The position numbers and the translations under genes are program-made. A stretch of 64,000 nucleotides of DNA from an uncultured Rhodospirillaceae bacterium (GTDB taxonomy: Bacteria > Pseudomonadota > Alphaproteobacteria > MPNO01 > UBA830): positions 11,666 to 75,665 of the forward strand of contig CAXBCP010000023.1 in assembly GCA_963974055.1 (NCBI GenBank), in the 5' to 3' direction. The notes beneath the pieces were generated by a model. That model searched no databases, was not told the DNA's origin, and worked only from the letters and a program-made list of their open reading frames with translations. This document shows positions 17,439 through 27,064 of this stretch, in pieces; the stretch's first letter is position 1; every line of letters starts with the position of its first letter.

Positions 17439-18658
17439 GTTACCGGCGCCCCGTTGAGGTGAAGCCCGCCAAAGCGCCGTGGATTGAGGAAATTCCGGCG
17501 CATTGGGATGAGCGCCCCTTCTATGCAGTCGCGAAAGAGCGGCGGTCGAAGAACATTGGGATGAAAGAGGATAACCTTTTGTCCCTGAGCTACGGAAATA
17601 TCATCCGCAAGGACATAAACACGCCGAACGGCCTGCTGCCCGAGTCATTCGAGACCTACCAGATTGTCGAACCGCACGATGTCGTTTTCCGTCTGACCGA
17701 CCTCCAGAACGACAAGCGCAGCCTGCGGTCAGCGATCTGCCCGGAACGGGGGATCATCACGTCCGCCTATCTGGCAGTCCGGTCAGAGGGCGTGCTGCCG
17801 GGCTTCATGAGCTACCTGATGCGGGCCTATGACGTTCAGAAGGTCTTTTACTCGATGGGTGGTGGCCTGCGTCAGTCGCTGGGGTTTGAAGACCTACGCC
17901 GAATGTCGGTGGTCGCTCCGGGACTTGATGAGCAGGCCAACATCGTTGCGTTCCTCGACCGAGAAACCGCCCAGATTGACGGCCTGGTCGAGAAGAAGAC
18001 CCGGTTCATCGCGCTGCTGAAGGAAAAGCGGGCAGCTGACATCATCGAGGCGATATCCCCCAAGGAGGGATGGAACCGCTTCCCCTTCTGGTCTGTAGCC
18101 AATGCGAAGTCGATTTCCGGCCGTCCGGATGTAGATCTTCTGTCAGTCTATCTTGATAGAGGCGTTATTCCGTATTCGGAGGGCGGCGGTTTGGTTCACA
18201 AACCTGCCGAGAGCCTCGAAAAATACCAGTTGGTAGAGCCAGGCGACCTGGTGCTGAACAACCAGCAAGCGTGGCGCGGTTCTCTGGGGGTATCTCTTCA
18301 TCGGGGCATTGTCAGCCCCGCCTATCTCGTCCTGAAGCTGGATAGGGAAAAGCTCGATCCAACCTTCGCAAACTACATGTTCCGAGCTCGACCGTATGTC
18401 GAGAAATTCATGCTTGCCTCGATGAGTGTTGGAGACATTCAGCGGCAGATTAAATGGCCGCACCTGCGAATTGTCCCAGTGGTGGTTCCGAGTGTTACAG
18501 AACAGCGCGAAATTGCTGAGCGCCTCGATAGTGAGGGAAAGCGCATTAATGATCTGATCACGCTAACCGAGCGCAGCATCGACCTACTCCGCGAGAAGCG
18601 TGCGGCACTCATCACTGCCGCCGTCACCGGCAAAGTCGACGTGAGTGCCACACCATGA
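17435..18658 (+). CDS. hsdS: Type I restriction-modification specificity subunit
   Basis: EEIPAHW N-terminus, two TRDs separated by EQANIVAFLDRETAQID...KEKR, C-terminal EKRAALITAAVTGK. Confidence 0.93.
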   Translation: MSYRRPVEVKPAKAPWIEEIPAHWDERPFYAVAKERRSKNIGMKEDNLLSLSYGNIIRKDINTPNGLLPESFETYQIVEPHDVVFRLTDLQNDKRSLRSAICPERGIITSAYLAVRSEGVLPGFMSYLMRAYDVQKVFYSMGGGLRQSLGFEDLRRMSVVAPGLDEQANIVAFLDRETAQIDGLVEKKTRFIALLKEKRAADIIEAISPKEGWNRFPFWSVANAKSISGRPDVDLLSVYLDRGVIPYSEGGGLVHKPAESLEKYQLVEPGDLVLNNQQAWRGSLGVSLHRGIVSPAYLVLKLDREKLDPTFANYMFRARPYVEKFMLASMSVGDIQRQIKWPHLRIVPVVVPSVTEQREIAERLDSEGKRINDLITLTERSIDLLREKRAALITAAVTGKVDVSATP

Positions 18659-21600
18659 GTGACCTCCACCACGAGAAGCATCTCGAGTCCCATATCGTCG
18701 GCAAGCTCGCCGAGGCGGGCTGGCTGGTCGGCACCTCAGGTGCCTACGACACGGACCGCGCCATGTATCCAGAAGATCTGGAGGCCTGGCTGCGCGCCAC
18801 CCAGCCGCAGAAATGGGACCGGCTTCAGGCGATGAACGGCGACAAGACCCTGACGGTCGTTATGGACCGGCTGGAGACAGCGCTGGAAAAACAGGGGATG
18901 GTCCAGACCCTCCGCCGGGGCTTCTCGATCGCCGGCGCCGGTCACCTCGACCTGTCCGAGGCAGCCCCGGAGGACCAGCGCAACGAGAAGGTCCTGCAAC
19001 GCTACGCATCGAACCGGCTGCGGGTCGTGCCGCAGCTGAAATATCACCCGGGCCGCGAGCTCGCCATCGACCTCGGGCTGTTCCTGAACGGCCTGCCGCT
19101 CGCCACGGTCGAGCTGAAGACGGATTTCACCCAGTCGGTCGAACACGCAAAAGCCCAGTACCGGCGAGACCGCCCCCCGGTTGATCCTGTCACGAAACGC
19201 AAGCACCCGCTCTTGACGTATCAGCGGGGTGCGGTGGTGCATTTCGCGATGTCGGACAGCGAGATCTGGATGACCACGAAGCTCGCGGGCGACGACACCT
19301 TCTTCCTGCCGTTCAACAAGGGTGACGATGGCCGGGCAGGAAACCCGGCGGGGGAGGGTGGCGAATACCCGGTCGCCTATTTCTGGGAGGAGATCTGCCG
19401 ACGCGACGCGTTCTTGCGGATTTTTCATAGCTTCGTCTATGTCGAGAAGAAGAACGTGGTGGACCTGAAGGGGAACTGGTCGGTCAAGGAGACGCTGATC
19501 TTTCCCCGGTTCCATCAGTTTGACGCGGTCAACAGGATGATCGCCGACGCGAAGGCGAGGGGACCCGGGCATCCCTACCTGTGCGAGCACAGCGCGGGCT
19601 CGGGCAAGACCTCGACCATCGCCTGGACGGCTCATGATCTGGTGAAGCTACGCCGGGACGACGGGACGCCGATCTTCGACACGGTGATCATCGTGACGGA
19701 CCGGAACGTCCTGGACGGGCAGCTTCAGGACGCGGTCCAGCAGATCGACCACCAGAAGGGGCTGATCGCCGCGATCGACAGGGAGACCTCGTCGAAGTCG
19801 AAGAGCGACCAGTTGAGCGAGGCGATGCTGAAGGGCACCCCGATCATCGTGGTGACCATCCAGACCTTTCCCTTCGCCATGGAGGCAATCCTGACAGAGA
19901 CGTCCCTGCGGGACCGGAACTTCGCAGTGATCATCGACGAGGCGCACAATTCCCAGACCGGGAACACCGCCTCCAAACTGCAAGCAACGCTTGCCCTGTC
20001 TGCGCGCAAGGATGTGGAGGAGATGACGGTCGAGGACATTCTGGTGGAGATCCAGCGAGCCCGGAAGCGCCCGTCGAACGTGTCCCATTTCGCCTTCACC
20101 GCGACCCCGAAGCACTCGACCATGATGCTCTTCGGGCGCCCGGCCGATCTCACCAAGCCCGCCTCGGACGACAACCTGCTGGTCTCATTCCACAAGTACG
20201 AGATGCGCCAGGCGATCGAGGAAGGGTTCATCCTGGACGTTCTCCGCGGCTACGTCCCCTACAAGACCGCCTTCAACCTCGGACAGGAAATCGTCGACGA
20301 GAAGCGTGTTGACGGAAAGGCGGCAAAGCGCGCCCTGGCGAAATGGATGACGCTCCACCCGACGAACGTGACCCAGAAGGTTCAGTTCATCATCGAGCAT
20401 TTCTCGAAGAACGTCGCCCATCTGTTGGACGGGAAAGCAAAGGCGATGGTGGTAACCAGTTCCCGGGCCTCAGCGGTTCGGTACAAGCGCGCCTTCGATG
20501 CATTTATCGAAGCGAACCCGGAATATGGATACATTCGGACCCTTGTTGCCTTCTCCGGCAAGCTGACCGGGCGCGAAGTAATGCACCCTAACGACGATCT
20601 GCTACATGGGGACGTCTTCGTCGTCGAGGAGGACGCCGAGTTCACCGAGGCGAACATGAACCGGGAGACAGGCGGCAAGGACCTGCGCCACGTCTTCGAC
20701 CGGCCGGAATACCGGGTCATGCTCGTGGCGGACAAGTTCCAGACCGGGTTCGACCAGCCTAAGCTGGTCGCGATGTATGTGGACAAGAAGATCGCGAACA
20801 CGGTTGAGATCGTCCAGACCTTCTCGCGCCTGAACCGGACCTTTCCGGGCAAGGATCAGACCTTCATCATCGATTTCGTGAACGATCCGGACGTGGTCCG
20901 GGCCGCATTCGCCCAGTACGACCGGGGCGCGCGGATCGAGGAGGTTCAGGACCTCAACGTCATCTACGACCTGAAGGAATTCCTCGACAACCAAGGGATC
21001 TATGACGAGACCCACATTCTCGACTTTCAGGCCGCCCGTTTTCGGACCGCTGCGTCTGCGGCGACCGGAAAGGACGACGAGGCGGTGCACAAGGAGATGT
21101 ACGCCGCGACCCAGGAGCCGACAGACGCCTACAACCGGCGCCTGTCCGAGCTGCGGGATCGCGCGGCAGCGGCGGAGGACGCTTGGCAGCGCGCGAGGAG
21201 TGCTGGGAACGAAGATGGGATGAAGCGAGCCGATCACGAACGCGAGCAGGTCGAAACGGCGATCGTTTCCCTCACTGACTTCAAGTCAGGCTTGTCCCGG
21301 TTCGGACGGCTCTACGCCTATATCGCCCAGCTGGTAGATTTAGGAGACCCAGACTTGGAGACTTTTGCCGCCTTCTCGAAGCTGCTTGCGAACCGGCTCG
21401 ACGGAGTGCCTGCGGTTGAGATCGACCTGCACGGCATTGCGCTGACCGGGTACGACATCACGGATCGGGAACCGACAAACGAAGGCGAGGACGAGGAGCC
21501 GCCCACCCTCGACCCGGTGAAGGGCGGTGGCGGCGGCTCTCTACCCGGCGCTCTGCCCGTGTACATGCAGGAGCTGATTGAGCGGCTGAACAGCCTGTTT

Positions 21601-21888
21601 GGCGAGGCGACCCCGATCGAGGATCAGGTCGCCTTCGTGAATCAGGTGGCTGCGATCACTCGCGAAAATCCTGTGGTGATGGCGCAGATCGAGAAGAACA
21701 CCAAGGACCAAGCAATGAAGGGCAATCTTCCCGGAGCGGTCCAGGCTGCAGTGGTGCGGGCGATGTCATCGCACAGCGCGCTAGCGTCCCTCCTCCTAAG
21801 CAGAGACCGGCAGGCCATGCCTATTTTGGAGGGCGTAATCTATGAGATCCTAAAGCGTGGCGGGACGCTGAGCTTTTACGATCAATGA
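18655..21888 (+). CDS. hsdR: Type I restriction endonuclease subunit R
   Basis: GLPLATVELK nuclease motif, HSAGSGKT Walker A, IIDEAH, TATP, QTGFDQP, QTFSRLNR. Confidence 0.95.
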   Translation: MSDLHHEKHLESHIVGKLAEAGWLVGTSGAYDTDRAMYPEDLEAWLRATQPQKWDRLQAMNGDKTLTVVMDRLETALEKQGMVQTLRRGFSIAGAGHLDLSEAAPEDQRNEKVLQRYASNRLRVVPQLKYHPGRELAIDLGLFLNGLPLATVELKTDFTQSVEHAKAQYRRDRPPVDPVTKRKHPLLTYQRGAVVHFAMSDSEIWMTTKLAGDDTFFLPFNKGDDGRAGNPAGEGGEYPVAYFWEEICRRDAFLRIFHSFVYVEKKNVVDLKGNWSVKETLIFPRFHQFDAVNRMIADAKARGPGHPYLCEHSAGSGKTSTIAWTAHDLVKLRRDDGTPIFDTVIIVTDRNVLDGQLQDAVQQIDHQKGLIAAIDRETSSKSKSDQLSEAMLKGTPIIVVTIQTFPFAMEAILTETSLRDRNFAVIIDEAHNSQTGNTASKLQATLALSARKDVEEMTVEDILVEIQRARKRPSNVSHFAFTATPKHSTMMLFGRPADLTKPASDDNLLVSFHKYEMRQAIEEGFILDVLRGYVPYKTAFNLGQEIVDEKRVDGKAAKRALAKWMTLHPTNVTQKVQFIIEHFSKNVAHLLDGKAKAMVVTSSRASAVRYKRAFDAFIEANPEYGYIRTLVAFSGKLTGREVMHPNDDLLHGDVFVVEEDAEFTEANMNRETGGKDLRHVFDRPEYRVMLVADKFQTGFDQPKLVAMYVDKKIANTVEIVQTFSRLNRTFPGKDQTFIIDFVNDPDVVRAAFAQYDRGARIEEVQDLNVIYDLKEFLDNQGIYDETHILDFQAARFRTAASAATGKDDEAVHKEMYAATQEPTDAYNRRLSELRDRAAAAEDAWQRARSAGNEDGMKRADHEREQVETAIVSLTDFKSGLSRFGRLYAYIAQLVDLGDPDLETFAAFSKLLANRLDGVPAVEIDLHGIALTGYDITDREPTNEGEDEEPPTLDPVKGGGGGSLPGALPVYMQELIERLNSLFGEATPIEDQVAFVNQVAAITRENPVVMAQIEKNTKDQAMKGNLPGAVQAAVVRAMSSHSALASLLLSRDRQAMPILEGVIYEILKRGGTLSFYDQ

Positions 21889-21930
21889 GTTGGAGCCCCG
21901 AAATAAATTGAGATTCTTCAAGGCAGCAGA

Positions 21931-23151
21931 ATGAGTGTGACGGCAAGCTTCCTTCACGGGTATCCTCAGACGAAGATCGCTACGATGATTTGCGACCGTC
22001 TGGCACGCTGCGGCGAAGCGCAGATCGTGTCGGGTTTTGCGACACCTGATGGAATTGAGGCGCTACGCGCCAGATCGTACTCGAATAAGATCACCCGTTT
22101 CGTGCTCGGCGCAGGTACTTTCAAGGCCTTCGAAGCATTGGATGACCTGTTAACTTCTGGACTACCGCCCAATGCGGCACGGGTTCATCTCGGGCATACA
22201 CGTGCAACCGGAGGCAGGAAAAACCCGTTTGCACGATTGCGACCCATGCTTCACAGCAAGGTCTATTACTTCGAAATGCCCGACGGAAAGGCAGCGGCCT
22301 TTGTCGGCTCTCATAACCTGACCGGATTCGCCATGCGCGGGTTGAACGGCGAGGCTGCGGTCCTTCTTGAGGGTGAAACTTCAGACACTGTCTTCGACGA
22401 GATTCGAGCGCATGTCGCGGAGAGTTATCGACAAGCCGTTGCCTATGATACATCGCTCAAGGAAGCGTATGCGCTCTGGTTCCGTGAATATCTTGAAGGG
22501 TTGCGCATTGAGACGTCCGATATGCCGCGGGACGATGAAAGCCGGCGTACGGTAATCCTATTTGCGAAGGCGCCTGCGGGACGAATTCCCTCGGAAGGGG
22601 ATCGGGTTTATTTCGAACTCGATCTGCGGATCACCGACGTCAAAGCCATCGACACAGAAGTGCATTTGCATCTTTTTGAAACGATGCCGGCTAACCCGGC
22701 AGAAGCGCTCTCGCGCTCCAGTCAATCTGACACCGCCCTTTTGGGCAAGGTGGAAGCAATTGATTCCGCCGCGGGCTCTGCCGAGGTCAGGGCGGATTGG
22801 TTTATTGATGACCCTTCGAATCCTGAATTGAAGCCAGCGGTGGCGCCATTTCGGCCGATTTTATCGCCCGGCAAACAACAGGTGCGTGCGGAGATCTCGG
22901 AGGACCTTATGACACGATTTGACTATCTATTCGATTCAGGAAGAGGGAAATGGGTCCCAACTTTGGGTAATGAGACGGTCGTCGAAGAGGGTACAGATCT
23001 GGTTTGGTCCCGAGTGGAGGGGCTTCGTGAACAAGAAAGCGGGGAGGTAGGGCAACAAATGATGTTGGCCGACCTTCGGGAGATATCGCCAGAGTCGGGC
23101 TCCTTTGTTCTCTTCTCACGCAGGCGCCGAAAGCTTGGCACGCGCGAATGA
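21931..23151 (+). CDS. Phospholipase D-superfamily (HKD) nuclease-like protein, NgoFVII/BfiI-like N-terminus
   Basis: MLHSKVYYFE...FVGSHNLT...NGE is a single HxK/GSxN PLD nuclease motif; C-terminal half unrecognised. Confidence 0.7.
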   Translation: MSVTASFLHGYPQTKIATMICDRLARCGEAQIVSGFATPDGIEALRARSYSNKITRFVLGAGTFKAFEALDDLLTSGLPPNAARVHLGHTRATGGRKNPFARLRPMLHSKVYYFEMPDGKAAAFVGSHNLTGFAMRGLNGEAAVLLEGETSDTVFDEIRAHVAESYRQAVAYDTSLKEAYALWFREYLEGLRIETSDMPRDDESRRTVILFAKAPAGRIPSEGDRVYFELDLRITDVKAIDTEVHLHLFETMPANPAEALSRSSQSDTALLGKVEAIDSAAGSAEVRADWFIDDPSNPELKPAVAPFRPILSPGKQQVRAEISEDLMTRFDYLFDSGRGKWVPTLGNETVVEEGTDLVWSRVEGLREQESGEVGQQMMLADLREISPESGSFVLFSRRRRKLGTRE

Positions 23152-23224
23152 GACTGAAAACTAACTGAAGCATGCTCCAGGCGCGGGGATAGCCTCTGAG
23201 AAGCTTGAGCGATAAGTATTCAGG

Positions 23225-23276
23225 GTTGTGCTGGGCATATTGTTTAGTATATACTAAACAATATGCCCAGCACAAC
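23225..23276. repeat. Perfect 52-bp palindrome covering the recombinase promoter and start codon
   Basis: GTTGTGCTGGGCATATTGTTTAGTAT|ATACTAAACAATATGCCCAGCACAAC, 26-bp arms, no spacer. Confidence 0.95.
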
Positions 23277-24858
23277 AAACAAATCCAAAAGCGAGGCCGC
23301 CGGCGATGTCAGCCGGGCGGTGCTCTATGCCCGCGTCTCCTCCAAAGAACAAGAGAAGGAAGGCTTCTCGATCCCGGCACAGCTTAAGCTGCTGAAGGAG
23401 TACGCCGCGCGCGAAGGGTTGTCCGTCGTTCAAGAGTTCGTTGACGTGGAAACGGCCAAGCAGACGGGCCGCACCAACTTCTCTGAGATGATCGCATTTC
23501 TGCGTGCCAATCCCGGGGTTCGGATCATTCTGGTCGAGAAGACCGACCGCCTTTACCGAAACCTTAAGGACTGGGTGATGCTCGACGAGATTGACGTCGA
23601 AATCCATCTCGTCAAGGAAGGCGTGGTCTTGTCGCGTGACTCGAGGTCGTCGGAGAAGTTCATGCATGGCATCAAGGTTTTGATGGCCAAGAACTACATC
23701 GACAACCTGTCCGAGGAAGCGCGTAAAGGTATGCAGGAGAAGGCCGAGCAGGGCATCTGGCCGACCAAAGCGCCGCTCGGCTATCGCAATATCACGGGGC
23801 CGGACGGAAAGAAGATCATCGACGTCAATCCCGAGGTCGCCCCGATCGTTGGAAAGCTGTTCGAATGGTATGCCGCTGGAAGTTATTCGCTGAAGGAGCT
23901 TGGCAGAAAGGCGGCAGCGGAGGGTTTCCGCTATCCGCGGTCCGGCGCCCGTGTTCCGAACAGCACGATCCACACGATCCTGCGGAACCGGCTCTATACC
24001 GGCCAGTTCGAATGGAACGGCAAGTTGATCGTGGGTAAGCACGAACCGCTGGTTTCGGCTGAGCTTTGGCAGCGCGTTCAGGACGTGCTCGACGGTCGGA
24101 ACGCCAAAAAGCACCGGCGTATGAAACATGATTTCGCTTTTTCGGGGCTTATCGGCTGTGCGAAATGTGGCTGCTCGGTCGTCGGTGAGATCAAGAAGCA
24201 GAAATACATCTACTATCACTGTACCGGCTACGCCGATAAGTGCCGGGAGGATCCCGCCGCCTGCCGCAGGAAGTATGTTCGCGAGGAAGCGTTGGAGGCC
24301 CAGTTCTCGGAACTGCTTGGCAAGCTGTGTTTCGACGACGAAGTGCTGGAATGGGTGCGGGAGGCACTGCATGCTAGCAAAGCTGACGAACAGCGGGAAC
24401 ATGGTGAAGCAATTAGGCGGTTGAGGACTGAGTATGACCGCCTGCAGCACCGCATCGATGTGATGTATATCGATAAGTTGGACGGAAAAATCGGCGGCGA
24501 GTTCTTCGACCGGATGGCCGGAGATTGGCGGGAGGAACAGTCTCGTTGCCTGAAAGACATCGAACGCCACCAGGAAGCACAGCAGTCTTACATGGACGAG
24601 GGAGTGAAGATTCTCGAACTCGCGCAGAACGCTCAAACGCTGTTCGAACGCCAGCCCGCTCGAGAAAAGCGGCGATTACTGAACTTCGTACTTTCGAACT
24701 GCTCGTGGGACGATGGCGAATTGATCGCCGAATTCCGGCAACCCTTTGATTTATTGGCGAAAACCACTGCCACTTCCTCCCAAAAACGGGCAGAAAACGG
24801 CGGGAGTGTGATAAAAAAAGAGATTTGGCTGGGGAACCTGGATTCGAACCAGGACTAA
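23263..24858 (+). CDS. Large serine recombinase (integrase)
   Basis: VLYARVSSKEQ catalytic Ser motif, VEKTDRLYRN, recombinase domain, CAKCG...YYHC zinc ribbon, coiled coil; last codons run antisense into the tRNA. Confidence 0.95.
   Translation: MPSTTNKSKSEAAGDVSRAVLYARVSSKEQEKEGFSIPAQLKLLKEYAAREGLSVVQEFVDVETAKQTGRTNFSEMIAFLRANPGVRIILVEKTDRLYRNLKDWVMLDEIDVEIHLVKEGVVLSRDSRSSEKFMHGIKVLMAKNYIDNLSEEARKGMQEKAEQGIWPTKAPLGYRNITGPDGKKIIDVNPEVAPIVGKLFEWYAAGSYSLKELGRKAAAEGFRYPRSGARVPNSTIHTILRNRLYTGQFEWNGKLIVGKHEPLVSAELWQRVQDVLDGRNAKKHRRMKHDFAFSGLIGCAKCGCSVVGEIKKQKYIYYHCTGYADKCREDPAACRRKYVREEALEAQFSELLGKLCFDDEVLEWVREALHASKADEQREHGEAIRRLRTEYDRLQHRIDVMYIDKLDGKIGGEFFDRMAGDWREEQSRCLKDIERHQEAQQSYMDEGVKILELAQNAQTLFERQPAREKRRLLNFVLSNCSWDDGELIAEFRQPFDLLAKTTATSSQKRAENGGSVIKKEIWLGNLDSNQD
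24825..24831 (+). repeat. Right attachment core TTGGCTG
   Basis: Overlaps the tRNA-Gln 3' CCA and recombinase codons W522/L523. Confidence 0.75.
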
Positions 24859-24899
24859 GCGGGTCAGAGCCACTCGTTCTACCGTTAAACTATTCCCCA
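24826..24899 (-). tRNA. tRNA-Gln (anticodon CTG)
   Basis: Reverse complement TGGGGAATAGTTTAACGGTAGAACGAGTGGCTCTGACCCGCTTAGTCCTGGTTCGAATCCAGGTTCCCCAGCCA folds as a cloverleaf with a GTTCGAATC T-loop and encoded CCA. Confidence 0.95.
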
Positions 24900-25117
24900 T
24901 CGGACCGGGCGACGGTCTCGCCGTTATCCGGGCGCGGTTTCTAGCATACGCCAATCGTGTTGAGAAGAAGCTTTCGTCCGCCGTGCCGATTGCGTCCGGC
25001 GTCGGAGAATTTGCTTCGCAGGCTATCAATACGTGGATATAGTTAATCACACTCGGATTAACAAATTTGCGCAAACCTGCCCGGGGTGAAGCGCATTGGA
25101 GAGGAAGCGTGCCGGCA

Positions 25118-26182
25118 ATGCCGCCGCATAAAAACAATAGCCGGGCGGATGGACGAGACAGGGCGGGTGGTCGCAACGGGGCCGGTCGCAGGCAACGTGT
25201 ATTCGCAGCGCTTGATCTCGGGACCAACAATTGTCGTTTGTTGATCGCCCATCCGGCGCGCAATGGTTTCCGCGTCGTCGACGGCTTTTCGCGTATCGTC
25301 CGCCTCGGAGAAGGCGTCAGCGAAAAGGGTACGCTGTCGGAGGACGCGATCGAGCGAACGGTCGATGCGCTCCGGATCTGCGCAAAAAAAATGGCGCGCC
25401 GCCGGGTCTCCGCCGCCCGCTGTGTCGCGACCCAGGCGGCCCGGTCGGCCGGCAACAGCGACGATTTCGTGCGCCGCGTGAAAGAGGAAACCGGCCTCAC
25501 CCTGGAAGTGATTACCGCGCGCGAGGAAGCGGAACTGACGCTGACCGGCTGTTTTTCGCTGCTCGATACGAATCACGATCATGCCCTGATGTTCGATGTC
25601 GGCGGCGGCAGCGCTGAATTCGTCTGGGCGCGTATTCTGCCCGGCGGCGGCGCCGAGGTCGAGGGCTGGACATCGCTGCCCTGCGGCGTGGTCACGCTGA
25701 CGGAACGGCACGGGCGGGAAGATTTTCTGCCGGAAGAATACCGGTCACTGGTGTCGGATGTGGTAGGGATGCTCCGTTCGTTCGACGCGGAGCACGATAT
25801 TTCGCGTCATATTGCCGCCGGAAGGGTGCAGATGGTGGGAACGGCCGGGACCGTCACCACCATTGCCGGGGTCGATATGTGCCTGCCGCGCTACAACCGG
25901 TCCAAGGTGGACGGTGCCTGGCTGTCCTTCGATGCGGTCGCGCGGATCAGTGGAGAACTGTCGATGCAGAATTACGATCAACGTGCCGCGCATCCGTGCA
26001 TCGGCCATAACCGGGCGGATCTCGTTGTCGCCGGGTGCGCCGTGCTGGAAGCCGTCTGCACGTTGTGGCCGGCGGGCCGTCTGCGTGTCGCCGACCGTGG
26101 CGTGCGCGAAGGCATTCTCAGCGTCATGGCGGGGCAGCCCCAGGCATCCTGCACCATTGCAACCGCCTCGGCGGCGGAATAA
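25118..26182 (+). CDS. ppx: Ppx/GppA family exopolyphosphatase
   Basis: AALDLGTNNCRLLI, VRLGEG, EEAELT, FDVGGGSAE, GVREG. Confidence 0.9.
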   Translation: MPPHKNNSRADGRDRAGGRNGAGRRQRVFAALDLGTNNCRLLIAHPARNGFRVVDGFSRIVRLGEGVSEKGTLSEDAIERTVDALRICAKKMARRRVSAARCVATQAARSAGNSDDFVRRVKEETGLTLEVITAREEAELTLTGCFSLLDTNHDHALMFDVGGGSAEFVWARILPGGGAEVEGWTSLPCGVVTLTERHGREDFLPEEYRSLVSDVVGMLRSFDAEHDISRHIAAGRVQMVGTAGTVTTIAGVDMCLPRYNRSKVDGAWLSFDAVARISGELSMQNYDQRAAHPCIGHNRADLVVAGCAVLEAVCTLWPAGRLRVADRGVREGILSVMAGQPQASCTIATASAAE

Positions 26183-26189
26183 CCCCCGG

Positions 26190-26966
26190 ATGGCGCGGAA
26201 CTCCGGCGGAAAAAGCGGTGGCGGCAAAGGCAGCGGCAAAGGCGGCGGCCGGGGCGCCGCCGGCGGCAAGTCTTCGGGGCGCGGGCTGACCGGCCGCAAC
26301 ATGCGGGTGCGGGTCAAGACCGCCCGCGGCCGCACGTCGTCGTCGACCCGCTGGCTGGACCGCCAGCTCAACGATCCGTATGTCCACGAGGCGCGCAAGC
26401 AGGGCCTGCGGTCGCGCGCCGCTTTCAAGATTGCCCAGCTCGACGACCAGTACAAACTCTTCCGGCGCGGCCAGAAGGTGGTGGATATCGGCGCGGCACC
26501 GGGCGGCTGGACCCAGATCGCCGTCGAACGGGTGGCCCCCGACGAAAGCGGCGGGGTCGTGATCGCGGTCGACATCCAGGAAATGGAGCCGGTCGGCGGT
26601 GCGACCACAATGGTCCTCGATATCAACGATCCGACGGCGCCCGCATTGTTAATGGGCGCGCTTGGCGGCCAGGCCGACGTGATCCTGAGCGATATGGCGG
26701 CGCCGGTCACGGGGCATAAATCCACGGATCACCTGCGGACGATGGCGCTCTGCGAAGAAGCGCATGCCTTTGCCTGCGATGCGCTGGTGGCGGGCGGGAC
26801 GCTGGTGATGAAGGCCTTCGCCGGCGGCGCCCATGGCGAACTGATGACGGCCATTAACCGGAATTTCGACAAGGTCCGCACCGTCAAGCCCGATGCGTCG
26901 CGCCCGGAAAGCCCCGAAACCTATATCGTCGCGACGGGATTCAGACGGCCCGAACAGGCCGGCTAG
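26190..26966 (+). CDS. rlmE: 23S rRNA Um2552 methyltransferase
   Basis: RQLNDPYV...[40 protein letters not shown]; Gly/Lys-rich N-terminal extension. Confidence 0.93.
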   Translation: MARNSGGKSGGGKGSGKGGGRGAAGGKSSGRGLTGRNMRVRVKTARGRTSSSTRWLDRQLNDPYVHEARKQGLRSRAAFKIAQLDDQYKLFRRGQKVVDIGAAPGGWTQIAVERVAPDESGGVVIAVDIQEMEPVGGATTMVLDINDPTAPALLMGALGGQADVILSDMAAPVTGHKSTDHLRTMALCEEAHAFACDALVAGGTLVMKAFAGGAHGELMTAINRNFDKVRTVKPDASRPESPETYIVATGFRRPEQAG

Positions 26967-27064
26967 ACCTCCCTGCAATTTTTCTTTGTGCACTGCGCCA
27001 TTCTTGTTGGGATTCGAGGGGGCGATGTGTATATTTCGGCGTCACTCCAACAACAGGTGGTGGC

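Larger units (their letters stand above)
3903..24831. mobile_element. Integrative element/genomic island (~20.9 kb) in the tRNA-Gln 3' end
   Basis: Direct repeat TTGGCTG at 3903-3909 and 24825-24831 (the latter overlaps the tRNA CCA end); large serine recombinase at the right end; displaced recombinase C-terminus at the left end; visibly lower GC and accessory gene content. Confidence 0.85.

Noticed and set aside
23161-23238. LNTYR in the leftward micro-ORF matches LNTYR in the displaced recombinase tail (3904-4005)
   Set aside because: Five residues only, with different codons and no flanking similarity; treated as coincidence unless homologs show otherwise
26190-26290. Gly/Lys-rich low-complexity repeat at the start of rlmE
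   Set aside because: Such extensions are common in alphaproteobacterial RlmE; not a DNA repeat element
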